In this document: piece by piece, positions 45,363 to 53,675 of the stretch | Numbering within the stretch: the stretch's first letter is position 1 | Layout of the letters: every line of letters begins with the position of its first letter | Assembly: GCA_016203225.1 (NCBI GenBank) | Contig: JACQNC010000008.1 | Location: 231-64,230, forward strand | DNA from: Candidatus Woesearchaeota archaeon | Lineage (GTDB): Archaea; Nanobdellota; Nanobdellia; Woesearchaeales; ARS49 | DNA length: 64,000 nt | Direction of reading: 5' to 3' | Translations under genes and position numbers: made by a program | Notes under the pieces: model-generated | The model's input: only the letters and a program-made list of their open reading frames with translations | The model's database searches: none | What the model was told of the DNA's origin: nothing

Positions 45363-47543
45363 ATGCATCGTAAAGGCCAAATTACGCTATTCATCATAAT
45401 CGGGCTTCTCATCGTCCTCACAGTCGGCTCCATCATTTACCTGAACGCCCAGCGCGCGCGGCCCTTCGTGGGCTTGCCTCAGACTGAGGAGGTCGCGGAG
45501 GCTGTCCAGCCGTTGCAGAGCTACATCTCGGAATGTGTCGAGACAGTCTCGGCCGAGGGATTGAAGCTCCTCGGCGACCACGGGGGCTATCTCTCTCCGC
45601 AGTCCGTGCGTAACGCGAAGCTGAACGCCGTCGAGCCTACAGAGAGCGATCTTTTGATGTTCGCGCCAGACAGCCAGTACGGTGTCGCGTACTGGTGGTA
45701 TATGAGTAGCAAGAACACGTGCAGCGCGTGCGTGTTCGACAGCAAACGGCCCGCGTTGTACAAGAGTGAGGAGCGCCAGGGATTGCCGAGCATCGAGGGC
45801 CAGCTCGAGACATATGTCGAGAGTAACCTGCCCTCGTGCCTGAAGGATTTCGAGGGTTTCAAGGAGCAGGGTTTCACGGTCGTCGCGGACACCGACGTGG
45901 ACGCGCAGGCGTTTGTCACGGCGACCGGCGTCGTCGTCGGGTTGACGCAGGAGTTCACCGCGACACGCGGCGACGAGCGCCACGTGCTCCAACAGTTCGC
46001 GGTCACGCTCCCGGTGCGCGTGAAGGACATGTATGATCTCGCGACCAACATCACCTCGCTCGAGAGCGAGAACGCATTCCTGGCCAAACACGCCAAGGAA
46101 TTGATCGCGGCCACGGCACGCACCGACCCGAACGCATTGCCGCCGTTGAGCACGCTCGAGTTCGAACTCGGGCCAGGAGTCACATGGGTCAAGTTCTCGG
46201 TCGCGCAGCGTGTCCAGCAGTTGCTCACGAGCTACGTGCCCTTGCTGCAGGTGTTCGGAACGAACAACTACCGTCCTGTCGAGACGCCGGACAACGTCGA
46301 GAATCCCGACATCATAGGGAACGTGCTGAACAGGAACGCAGTCATCCCGCAACTGCGGCCGTGGCCAGGCATCGAGGCGCGGCTGACGTACCTCCCTACG
46401 TGGAAGCCTTACTTCGACCTCAACTGCAAGGGCCAGATATGCCAACCAGAGAGCTTCATGAACGATGTCATCTTCATATTCGGGTTCCAGCGCTACCAGT
46501 TCGCGTACGACCTGAGCTACCCTGTCCTGGTGGAGCTCCGCGAGCCGGCCGCGTTCTTCGGCGACGGCTACACGTTCCGGTTCGCGCTCGAGGGCAACCT
46601 GCGCAACAACGAGCCCGTGACCGCAGATTGGCGGCCTGCGGAGGCGGCACCGCCTGACGAGACGACGAGCATGCTCTGCAACCGCAACCAGTGGACGTCA
46701 GGCCAGGTCAACATCACGGTGCGCGAGTCGATAAACAAGCGGCCGCTCGATGCTGCCATCACGTACGATTGCGGCATCGAGGAATGCATCATAGGCAAGA
46801 CCGCGGGAGGATTGCTGGACACGCCGTTGCCGCGCTGCGCCGGCGGAGTCCTGAAGGCGGCCGTGACCGACCACGTGCCGGGAACGCTCGACCTGAACTC
46901 GAACACGGACGACGCTCAGCGTGCGGACTTCGAACTTCACCCCATCGTCAGCGTGAACGTCAGCATACTCAAGTACCGCCTGAAGAAGGACCTGATATCG
47001 CGCAACTGGATCCTCGACACCGAGCCGGTCCCGTTCGGCCAGCATGACCAGGCGTTCATCTCCATCGCGCGTAGCGAGGGCGAGGAGTTCAACGCGTACA
47101 CGAACATCTGCGGCAACAAGTTCACCAAAGGCACGGAGTTCAACAAGGACGTCCGCGTCACGGCAGGAAACTACACGGTCACCATCACATCGCTCTATCA
47201 CGGCGACATCATCATCCCGCCGGACAAGCGCTGCTACAAGACAGGCTCGTTCCCGAACAAGAAGAAGAAATGCTATGACATCCCCGAGACCGCGATAGAG
47301 TTCGGCAAGCCGACAGCCAATCCGTGCACGTCCGAAAAGCCGTTCCCGTCGGGTACGATACAGTTCCCTTGGGAGATCACGCCTTCGATGCTGCGCGACA
47401 TCAAGGGCATCACTTTCAAGACGATAGTCATGGCCGCCGAGATCCCCGGCACGCCGCTCGTCGTGGAGGACCTGGAACAGATAACCTCTGGACAGGGTTA
47501 TGTCGATGCCGACCCTTCGCTAGTCAAGCCGGTGATAACATGA
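45363..47543 (+). CDS. Large secreted protein with class III (pilin-type) signal peptide; paralog of 53676
   Basis: MHRKG/QITLFIIIGLLIVL; shared blocks with the 53676 protein. Confidence 0.75.
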   Translation: MHRKGQITLFIIIGLLIVLTVGSIIYLNAQRARPFVGLPQTEEVAEAVQPLQSYISECVETVSAEGLKLLGDHGGYLSPQSVRNAKLNAVEPTESDLLMFAPDSQYGVAYWWYMSSKNTCSACVFDSKRPALYKSEERQGLPSIEGQLETYVESNLPSCLKDFEGFKEQGFTVVADTDVDAQAFVTATGVVVGLTQEFTATRGDERHVLQQFAVTLPVRVKDMYDLATNITSLESENAFLAKHAKELIAATARTDPNALPPLSTLEFELGPGVTWVKFSVAQRVQQLLTSYVPLLQVFGTNNYRPVETPDNVENPDIIGNVLNRNAVIPQLRPWPGIEARLTYLPTWKPYFDLNCKGQICQPESFMNDVIFIFGFQRYQFAYDLSYPVLVELREPAAFFGDGYTFRFALEGNLRNNEPVTADWRPAEAAPPDETTSMLCNRNQWTSGQVNITVRESINKRPLDAAITYDCGIEECIIGKTAGGLLDTPLPRCAGGVLKAAVTDHVPGTLDLNSNTDDAQRADFELHPIVSVNVSILKYRLKKDLISRNWILDTEPVPFGQHDQAFISIARSEGEEFNAYTNICGNKFTKGTEFNKDVRVTAGNYTVTITSLYHGDIIIPPDKRCYKTGSFPNKKKKCYDIPETAIEFGKPTANPCTSEKPFPSGTIQFPWEITPSMLRDIKGITFKTIVMAAEIPGTPLVVEDLEQITSGQGYVDADPSLVKPVIT

Positions 47544-47566
47544 TTGCGTTCGTGCGTCTTCCCCGG

Positions 47567-47632
47567 CGTGATCTTCCCGGGCAGATTTGTGGCGTCGTTT
47601 CAATCGGTAACGCCACGACAAACCTGCCTGCG
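47567..47632. repeat. Dispersed palindromic repeat, copy 6
   Basis: CGTGATCTTCCCGGGCAGATTTGTGGCGT...ACGCCACGACAAACCTGCC. Confidence 0.8.
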
Positions 47633-47673
47633 TCCGCCAACCAGCAGGGGACTGCTTACTGTGGGTGTGCCGT

Positions 47674-50600
47674 ATGAAGCGCTTCCTCGCTGTGTTCATG
47701 GCGGTCCTCGTGCTCACGCTGCCTGTCGTGTTCGCGCAGACCTTGAGCATACAGCAGTTCTCTGGCCAGGATAACGTGCCCAACGTCGCGCGGCCGACCG
47801 ACACGCTCACCATCAAGGCATTGGTCAACATCCCCACCGATCCCGAGATCACTAACGACCAGGTGCGGTTGATAACGAGCGAAGGGGTCACGTATCTCTT
47901 CGAGTCGTGCGCGCCAGGCACCGGCACCGGGTTCTTCCTCTGCACGATGACGTACGATCTCATAGGCGAAGGCGGCAGCGACGAGTACTCGATCGGTTTG
48001 TACGATGACTCGGGTGTCGAGCTCAAGAGCGTCATCGAGACGCTCACGAACGACTTCATCAATCCCGCGGTCGTGACGCTCGTGGCCGATCCGATGACAC
48101 TAGGAGCCAGCCCGACGACTCTAACTTACGAGGCGCAGGACTACGCTTTCTCGCCCGGCGACACCGGTTCATGTGCCGGTGTGGGCAGCATAAAGCTCTA
48201 CGAGAACGGACTCACGGGGACTCCCACTGCGACGATCCCCGGAGGCGCCGCGTGCACGCTTTCAGGCCAGACGGACTACCTGCCGAAGGCGTCGGGCAAC
48301 GTGTCATTGTGCGCCATCGCGACCGACCGTCTCGGCAAGACGAGCCCATCGAAATGCACGACGCTGACTGTGGATCGCGGCGCGCCGCAGTTCACGCAGT
48401 CCAAGATTCTCACGAGCGACGGCACGCAGGTCTACGCGATACCCCCTCAAGGCATCACCGCGGACGTGTTCGTCACGATCAACGAGGGCTCGCTCGCCGT
48501 GAACAGCGTGCGCGCCGACCTCGGAAGCCTGGCTGACAATTCCGCGTTCAACGAACTCGCGCCGACAGAGCTCGGCGAATTGCATGGCTCGTCGCGCGTC
48601 GCGGTCTGGCGCAACATCCCGATAAAGAAGGTCTCGCCGTGCAGTTTCGCGGTGCGCGCCTCGGACGTGCTCGGCAACAGCGACAGCCACACGTTCACGT
48701 GCTCGATAGTCTCGGACACTTCACCGCCCGAGCCGCTCGGCATAACGACCGGCTACACGTCGGCCGATGGCACGGTGTTGCTCGGCTCGCAGGCCAACCT
48801 GTTCGTCCGCTTCCGGGAGGCGGGCATGGCTCGCGCCAACGCGTTCCTGGACGCGAGCAGCCTCGGGGCAGGCGCGAGCGTGAAGGCGGATTCGTGCGAA
48901 AAGGTCGGCGACGAATGGCATTGTTCGTGGAAGTTCGGGACATCTGCGCCCGAAAAACGATACACGATCACTCTCCTCGCCAGCACCAGGGACGATCTTG
49001 ACAATCCGCTGGCGAACACCGCGCAATACCAGATAGATTATGACAGCACGCCGCCAGTGATCGTCTCGGGCCCAGAGATCGATGTCGTGCACGCGACAGC
49101 AGAGTACGGCGACCAGGTCGTGAAAGGGGACCTCCTCCAGCTCTCGTATGTCGTGACTGGCGCATCCACCGTGGTCGCTGACTTCAGCGCGGTCGGCGGC
49201 GGCAACAAGACAGAGGGTGTCTGCGGCGACATCGACGGCCAGAATGTGTGCACGTTCCAGCAGGAGATCATCCTCAGCGGTTCGTACCATGCCAATGTCC
49301 CGATAAAGTTCCTCGACAATGCCGGCAACCTCGCTCAGACGGCGTACGAGTTCGACGTGTTCGGGGTGCTCTCCGAGCCAAACCCGAACTACTGGACTAG
49401 CGCTGTCGAGTGCGCGCCCGAGACGGTCGACAGGACGTCGACAGCGTTGGTGAGCCACCAGGTGTATTGCCGCATAAAGCTCAGCAGCCAGAACCCCTCC
49501 GCGAGCGTCGTGGCGACCGCGTTGAGCGTCGACGAATGCCAAGGCGAACTCGAGTCGAGCGTGGTCGATCTCACGCTCATCAACAACGGGTTCGGCAGCA
49601 AGGATCCGTATCTCAGGATGCTGCTCGCGACGCGCGAATTCCCCGAGGCCAAGCTCAACATCTCGTGTCCTGTGCTGATCCTGACGAAGCTCGGTCAGAA
49701 CTTCACGCAGAACGCCGAAAGAGAGATGGTGGATATGACCGTGCGGTTCGGCGAGAGCCCTCTGGGGACGTTGGCGGGGAACGTGGATGACAAGATCGAA
49801 AAGGCCGAGAAGGACGTCGATAGCCTCAACAAGTGGCTCAAGACTGCCGTCACGGTCCTCGCGTGGGGAGATAAGCTATGCCAGATCCGCATGATCATCT
49901 GGGATGTGGTGGGTGCGCTGACCGCCATCGTGGGCGTGCTTGGCGTGGCCGAGCTCATCCCTATATTCGGGAATGCCGTGACTCCGGGCAAGGAGGCGTT
50001 GTGCCAGTCGACCGACCAGCTCACGAAGGTGCTCGGCGATGACGTGGCGGGCATCGATAACGTCCTCAAGGATTTCTGTTCATTCCTCAACTGCAAGGGC
50101 GGCGACATAGTCGGTGGTGACATCCTTGGCGACATCGGCAGGTACGCCGGCGGCGGAAAGGGTGTTAACACGCCCGGCGAGGGTATCGAGACCGCGCCGC
50201 AGCAAGGCACAGGCATCTCGGGATTGGAGTCCATCAATGTGCAGGACAGTCTCGTCTGGAGCGCTTTGACGCTCTGCCTGCCGGGAGTGATAAAGAATGT
50301 CGACAAGTACCGTCAGATCCAGTGCAGGTACGCGGTCTGCCTGAAGCGGGACGTGAAGGAAGGCGGGATTCCCCTGTCTGTATGTGATGACGAGAAATCG
50401 TACCTGACTTGCGTGCTCATCTGGGCGCAGATCTTCGCGGCCATCCCGTTCATGAACATCATCAACTACTATCTCAACATAGTGCAGGAATGGTTCGCCA
50501 ACCCGGCCGCGGCGGTCGCGGCGCTGGTAGGATTGCTGTGCGGACAGAACTTCTGCACCACTACCGGGCCGGCATATACTGTCTGCGCGGCGTTCAAACT

Positions 50601-50706
50601 CGCGTCCCTCATCGGCAACGTGATCAACGACTACAACGCGATCAAGAAGCCCGGATTCTTCTCCGTCGGCCAAGGCCCATGTCAAGAATACGAGGAGTTG
50701 GACTGA
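47674..50706 (+). CDS. Secreted Ig-like repeat protein with C-terminal Cys-rich, helical and hydrophobic domain
   Basis: Signal peptide MKRFLAVFMAVLVLTLPVVFA; D-x-x-(P/A)P repeats; LCLPGV...YRQIQCRYAVC...VC...YLTC. Confidence 0.75.
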   Translation: MKRFLAVFMAVLVLTLPVVFAQTLSIQQFSGQDNVPNVARPTDTLTIKALVNIPTDPEITNDQVRLITSEGVTYLFESCAPGTGTGFFLCTMTYDLIGEGGSDEYSIGLYDDSGVELKSVIETLTNDFINPAVVTLVADPMTLGASPTTLTYEAQDYAFSPGDTGSCAGVGSIKLYENGLTGTPTATIPGGAACTLSGQTDYLPKASGNVSLCAIATDRLGKTSPSKCTTLTVDRGAPQFTQSKILTSDGTQVYAIPPQGITADVFVTINEGSLAVNSVRADLGSLADNSAFNELAPTELGELHGSSRVAVWRNIPIKKVSPCSFAVRASDVLGNSDSHTFTCSIVSDTSPPEPLGITTGYTSADGTVLLGSQANLFVRFREAGMARANAFLDASSLGAGASVKADSCEKVGDEWHCSWKFGTSAPEKRYTITLLASTRDDLDNPLANTAQYQIDYDSTPPVIVSGPEIDVVHATAEYGDQVVKGDLLQLSYVVTGASTVVADFSAVGGGNKTEGVCGDIDGQNVCTFQQEIILSGSYHANVPIKFLDNAGNLAQTAYEFDVFGVLSEPNPNYWTSAVECAPETVDRTSTALVSHQVYCRIKLSSQNPSASVVATALSVDECQGELESSVVDLTLINNGFGSKDPYLRMLLATREFPEAKLNISCPVLILTKLGQNFTQNAEREMVDMTVRFGESPLGTLAGNVDDKIEKAEKDVDSLNKWLKTAVTVLAWGDKLCQIRMIIWDVVGALTAIVGVLGVAELIPIFGNAVTPGKEALCQSTDQLTKVLGDDVAGIDNVLKDFCSFLNCKGGDIVGGDILGDIGRYAGGGKGVNTPGEGIETAPQQGTGISGLESINVQDSLVWSALTLCLPGVIKNVDKYRQIQCRYAVCLKRDVKEGGIPLSVCDDEKSYLTCVLIWAQIFAAIPFMNIINYYLNIVQEWFANPAAAVAALVGLLCGQNFCTTTGPAYTVCAAFKLASLIGNVINDYNAIKKPGFFSVGQGPCQEYEELD

Positions 50707-52719
50707 ATGAGACGCGCTCTCTCGATGGTCATGCTGGCGTTGCTGGTGCTCAGCAGCGTCCCTGTCATTGCGCAGGACTACGCTCCGGCCGGAACGCCGA
50801 CGCCCACGCCGACGGAAACCCCGAAGCAGGATACGACCTCAGTTTACTACGCGTATCAGCTTTCGGACAAGAAACAAGGCGTGTGGAAAGCGACGAAGGA
50901 CGAAAAACCAGCAGACGTTCTCACGAAAATCCAAACGCAGTATAAGGATCAGTCAGCGAGCATCCTGTACGGCAACCAGCCAATCTATCAGACTCTCGCT
51001 GATTTCAAGAAACAGTATCCGGGAGCAACGTTCACTACGGCTACTTTCCAAAACCAAGAAGTCAACGTAATAGAGTATGGCAGCATTCGGGTTAGTAGCT
51101 ACGCTGGCGCAGAAACCCAAATTAAGATCGGCGACACGTGGGTGAATTACCGGGGCCCACTCAGCAGCCTCGATGTCCAGACCGCTAAGGATGGGACAAC
51201 GACTCTCTTTTTCAATAAAGAACCAGTGCGCGTCGTCTTAGAGGCGGGTAAGACTTATTTAGTCGTCCTTGATGATGCAGGCAAAGATACTGACAAAATC
51301 TATGCGCCTATAAAGAATGGTGTTATTCGCCAGACTAAGGATCAATATCAGGTGTTGGATGCCGAAGGCAATGTGCTGGGAACGTTTGACATAAAAGAAT
51401 GGGAGCAGTTCCGTGGCAATGAAAACGATCTCGTCGCGGTTTCCGCGCAGTTGAGAAACACGGGGCTTTCGCTGAACGATGTGACCCCGTACAAACAGAC
51501 GGTCGATGGCGAGGAAACGACTGTCTTCATCTATGAAGCTGATTTCGGCGATGACGTGCGCGTCTATACCACCTCCGACGGCAAGCAGGTCCGCGAAGAA
51601 GGCGACTATACCGGAACCACGTGGACTTCCGAAGAGAAGAACGTCTACAACAAGGACGGCACGCTCTACGAAAGAACCGTGTACGAGAAAAATGGAAAGA
51701 CAATCGAATCGCAGTACACCTATGGTCAGGACACGCTTACGATACAGGTGCAGGATGACAAAGGAACCTTGTTGCAGCCTGAGACGTTCACTATCGCACG
51801 CGACAGCCAGGGCAAAGTCGTCGGTTACGAGATCGGGACGTATGATAGCAAGAAAAAAGTCTATTACGATCCTATCTCGGGCGATTACAAGTACGCGGAT
51901 GGCGCCGAAATCTCCGACGAGGACGAGAAGGCGGTCAAAGCAGACAAGAATGCCGAAAAGAAGGTAGACAAGATCGACGACGCCGAGGCCGCGCGCAGAG
52001 ACGCGGAACCCGGACGCTGGGAGCTCGCGTGGCGTCAGGGCGGTTTGTGGGGTTTGGTGAAGGAGTTCTTCGCGGGCTACGAGGCGTTCCGAGGGCTCGG
52101 AGCGTATGGTGCGTTGTTCTGGGACGAGGAGGAGTTGTACGAACGCAGGCTCGAGGTGAAGAAACAGTTCTGCAAGACGGTCGTCCTTGGCGGCGTCGAC
52201 TGCTGGACGAGCAAGCTCTGCGAGCGCTACACCGACCAGAATACGGGCAGCAACACTCTCGTCACGGTCGTTCCGGGCCAGGCTGTCCGAGCTGCGGCGC
52301 ACATCGAGGCCGAGCGCACTGAAACCACGGAATTCGCGAACGAGTCAGGCACGTTCGGATTGTATCTCTACCGCGTCACGTTCTTCGCATCGAGCCCGAG
52401 GGAGGACAACAGCGTCCAATTGAGATTCTATTATGACGGCGGCACGTATGACTGGTTCCCCGAGCCGCAGCAGATCGACGCAGGCGGCGTCGTGAGCGCG
52501 TCAGGCGCCGCAGCCATAGTCTCGTACGGTCGGCGTGACTACTCGCGCGTCTGCCTGATGCTCTCAGAGGGCATCGAAGTCGGCACTGGCTCGAGCGTTA
52601 GCGAGATCTGCGCGCCCATCGTGGACAGCGGGCTGTCGCCGTCTGGTGTCGAGAGCGTGCCGGGAGCGACTGAAGCGGAAACGCCGCCCGCGGCGGGCCA
52701 GCCAGGAGCCGGATTCTAG
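50707..52719 (+). CDS. Secreted protein with a low-GC, T/K/Y/D-rich central region
   Basis: Signal peptide; Cys-containing C-terminal domain (QFCK...DCWTSKLC); abuts both neighbours. Confidence 0.75.
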   Translation: MRRALSMVMLALLVLSSVPVIAQDYAPAGTPTPTPTETPKQDTTSVYYAYQLSDKKQGVWKATKDEKPADVLTKIQTQYKDQSASILYGNQPIYQTLADFKKQYPGATFTTATFQNQEVNVIEYGSIRVSSYAGAETQIKIGDTWVNYRGPLSSLDVQTAKDGTTTLFFNKEPVRVVLEAGKTYLVVLDDAGKDTDKIYAPIKNGVIRQTKDQYQVLDAEGNVLGTFDIKEWEQFRGNENDLVAVSAQLRNTGLSLNDVTPYKQTVDGEETTVFIYEADFGDDVRVYTTSDGKQVREEGDYTGTTWTSEEKNVYNKDGTLYERTVYEKNGKTIESQYTYGQDTLTIQVQDDKGTLLQPETFTIARDSQGKVVGYEIGTYDSKKKVYYDPISGDYKYADGAEISDEDEKAVKADKNAEKKVDKIDDAEAARRDAEPGRWELAWRQGGLWGLVKEFFAGYEAFRGLGAYGALFWDEEELYERRLEVKKQFCKTVVLGGVDCWTSKLCERYTDQNTGSNTLVTVVPGQAVRAAAHIEAERTETTEFANESGTFGLYLYRVTFFASSPREDNSVQLRFYYDGGTYDWFPEPQQIDAGGVVSASGAAAIVSYGRRDYSRVCLMLSEGIEVGTGSSVSEICAPIVDSGLSPSGVESVPGATEAETPPAAGQPGAGF

Positions 52720-53463
52720 ATGAAGTATCTCGCAAGCGTCTGGAAGGTCTTCATCGGCACGTTCAAGTTGAAGATGAGCTTCATGCTCGTGCTCGCGTAC
52801 GAGGTCCTGTTCTTCCTCGCGGTCGCGGGATTCAGCATGCTGTTGAAGAAGTGGCTCATCAGCATCGGCACTAAGTATTCCAGCATCAGCGCGTTCCTTG
52901 TCACGCCCGAGAACGCCGCGATGGTCAAGGGGTTCTTCTTCGACAGCATCGTCGCAGGGCTCGGGTTCGTCGTGCTCTGTTACGTCGCGTACGTCATCCT
53001 GCAGGCGTTCTCCTGGCGTGCGGTCGTCGGTGAAACACCGTCGACAAAGTTCATCCTCCGCTTCGCGGGGTTGAACGTCATCTGGCTCGTCCCCTGGCTT
53101 CTCATCGCGTGGTTCTTCATCGCGGGTCTGAAAGGGAACTATGCTGCCGGCGGACTCACCGCGCTCGTCATCCTGTTCACGCATCTCACGCTGATCATGC
53201 AGCACGCGTCCGCGCACGACAACAAGCGCGTGAAGGAGTCCGTCGTGACCGCGTTCACGGTCGGATTCGGGAGGTTGCACAAGTTCATCGTCCCGTACCT
53301 GTTCGCGACCATCCTGTTCATTGTCTGGTCGCAGCTTTGGCGCCTGATCCCGCAGGTCACCACGATGGGCTTCGCTGCCGTGTTGCTGTTGTGCGCCATC
53401 TTCGCGCCGTTCACCGCGTGGCTGAAGTTCTACATCCATAAGCTGTTGCCTGTTGTCGCGTAA
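52720..53463 (+). CDS. Polytopic membrane protein (about 6 TM); probable paralog of 62001
   Basis: Hydrophobicity pattern and position at the end of module A. Confidence 0.7.
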   Translation: MKYLASVWKVFIGTFKLKMSFMLVLAYEVLFFLAVAGFSMLLKKWLISIGTKYSSISAFLVTPENAAMVKGFFFDSIVAGLGFVVLCYVAYVILQAFSWRAVVGETPSTKFILRFAGLNVIWLVPWLLIAWFFIAGLKGNYAAGGLTALVILFTHLTLIMQHASAHDNKRVKESVVTAFTVGFGRLHKFIVPYLFATILFIVWSQLWRLIPQVTTMGFAAVLLLCAIFAPFTAWLKFYIHKLLPVVA

Positions 53464-53469
53464 CGTCTG

Positions 53470-53569
53470 CGTGATCTCCCCAAGCAGGTTGGTGGTCGCA
53501 TCACGGCTATCGATTCGATTCCGATGAAGCCAAGTCAAACTTGCGTGGGGTGCGCGGCTTGGGACGCGG
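53470..53569. repeat. Dispersed palindromic repeat, copy 7
   Basis: CGTGATCTCCCCAAGCAGGTTGGTGGTCGCATCACGGCTATCGATTCGATTCCGATG...CTTGGGACGCGG. Positions 53479-53526 match the reverse complement of copy 5 at 42/48. Confidence 0.9.
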
Positions 53570-53647
53570 TCACGGAATTTCTCCATTTTTCCATAAAGAA
53601 AAGAAAGAATGCGTTTCTATATTGTCCCTCCAAATCGCTCCTAAACA

Positions 53648-53655
53648 TTTATAAA
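53648..53655 (+). promoter_or_regulatory. TATA box for surface module B
   Basis: TTTATAAA about 20 nt before 53676. Confidence 0.55.
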
Positions 53656-53675
53656 GCATAATGAATGTCTCATGA

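Noticed and set aside
6366-53569. Palindromes as a CRISPR array or integron attC sites
   Set aside because: They are dispersed rather than tandem with spacers. They lack consistent RYYYAAC/GTTRRRY ends and consistent extrahelical bases, sit inside housekeeping operons, and no integrase is present.
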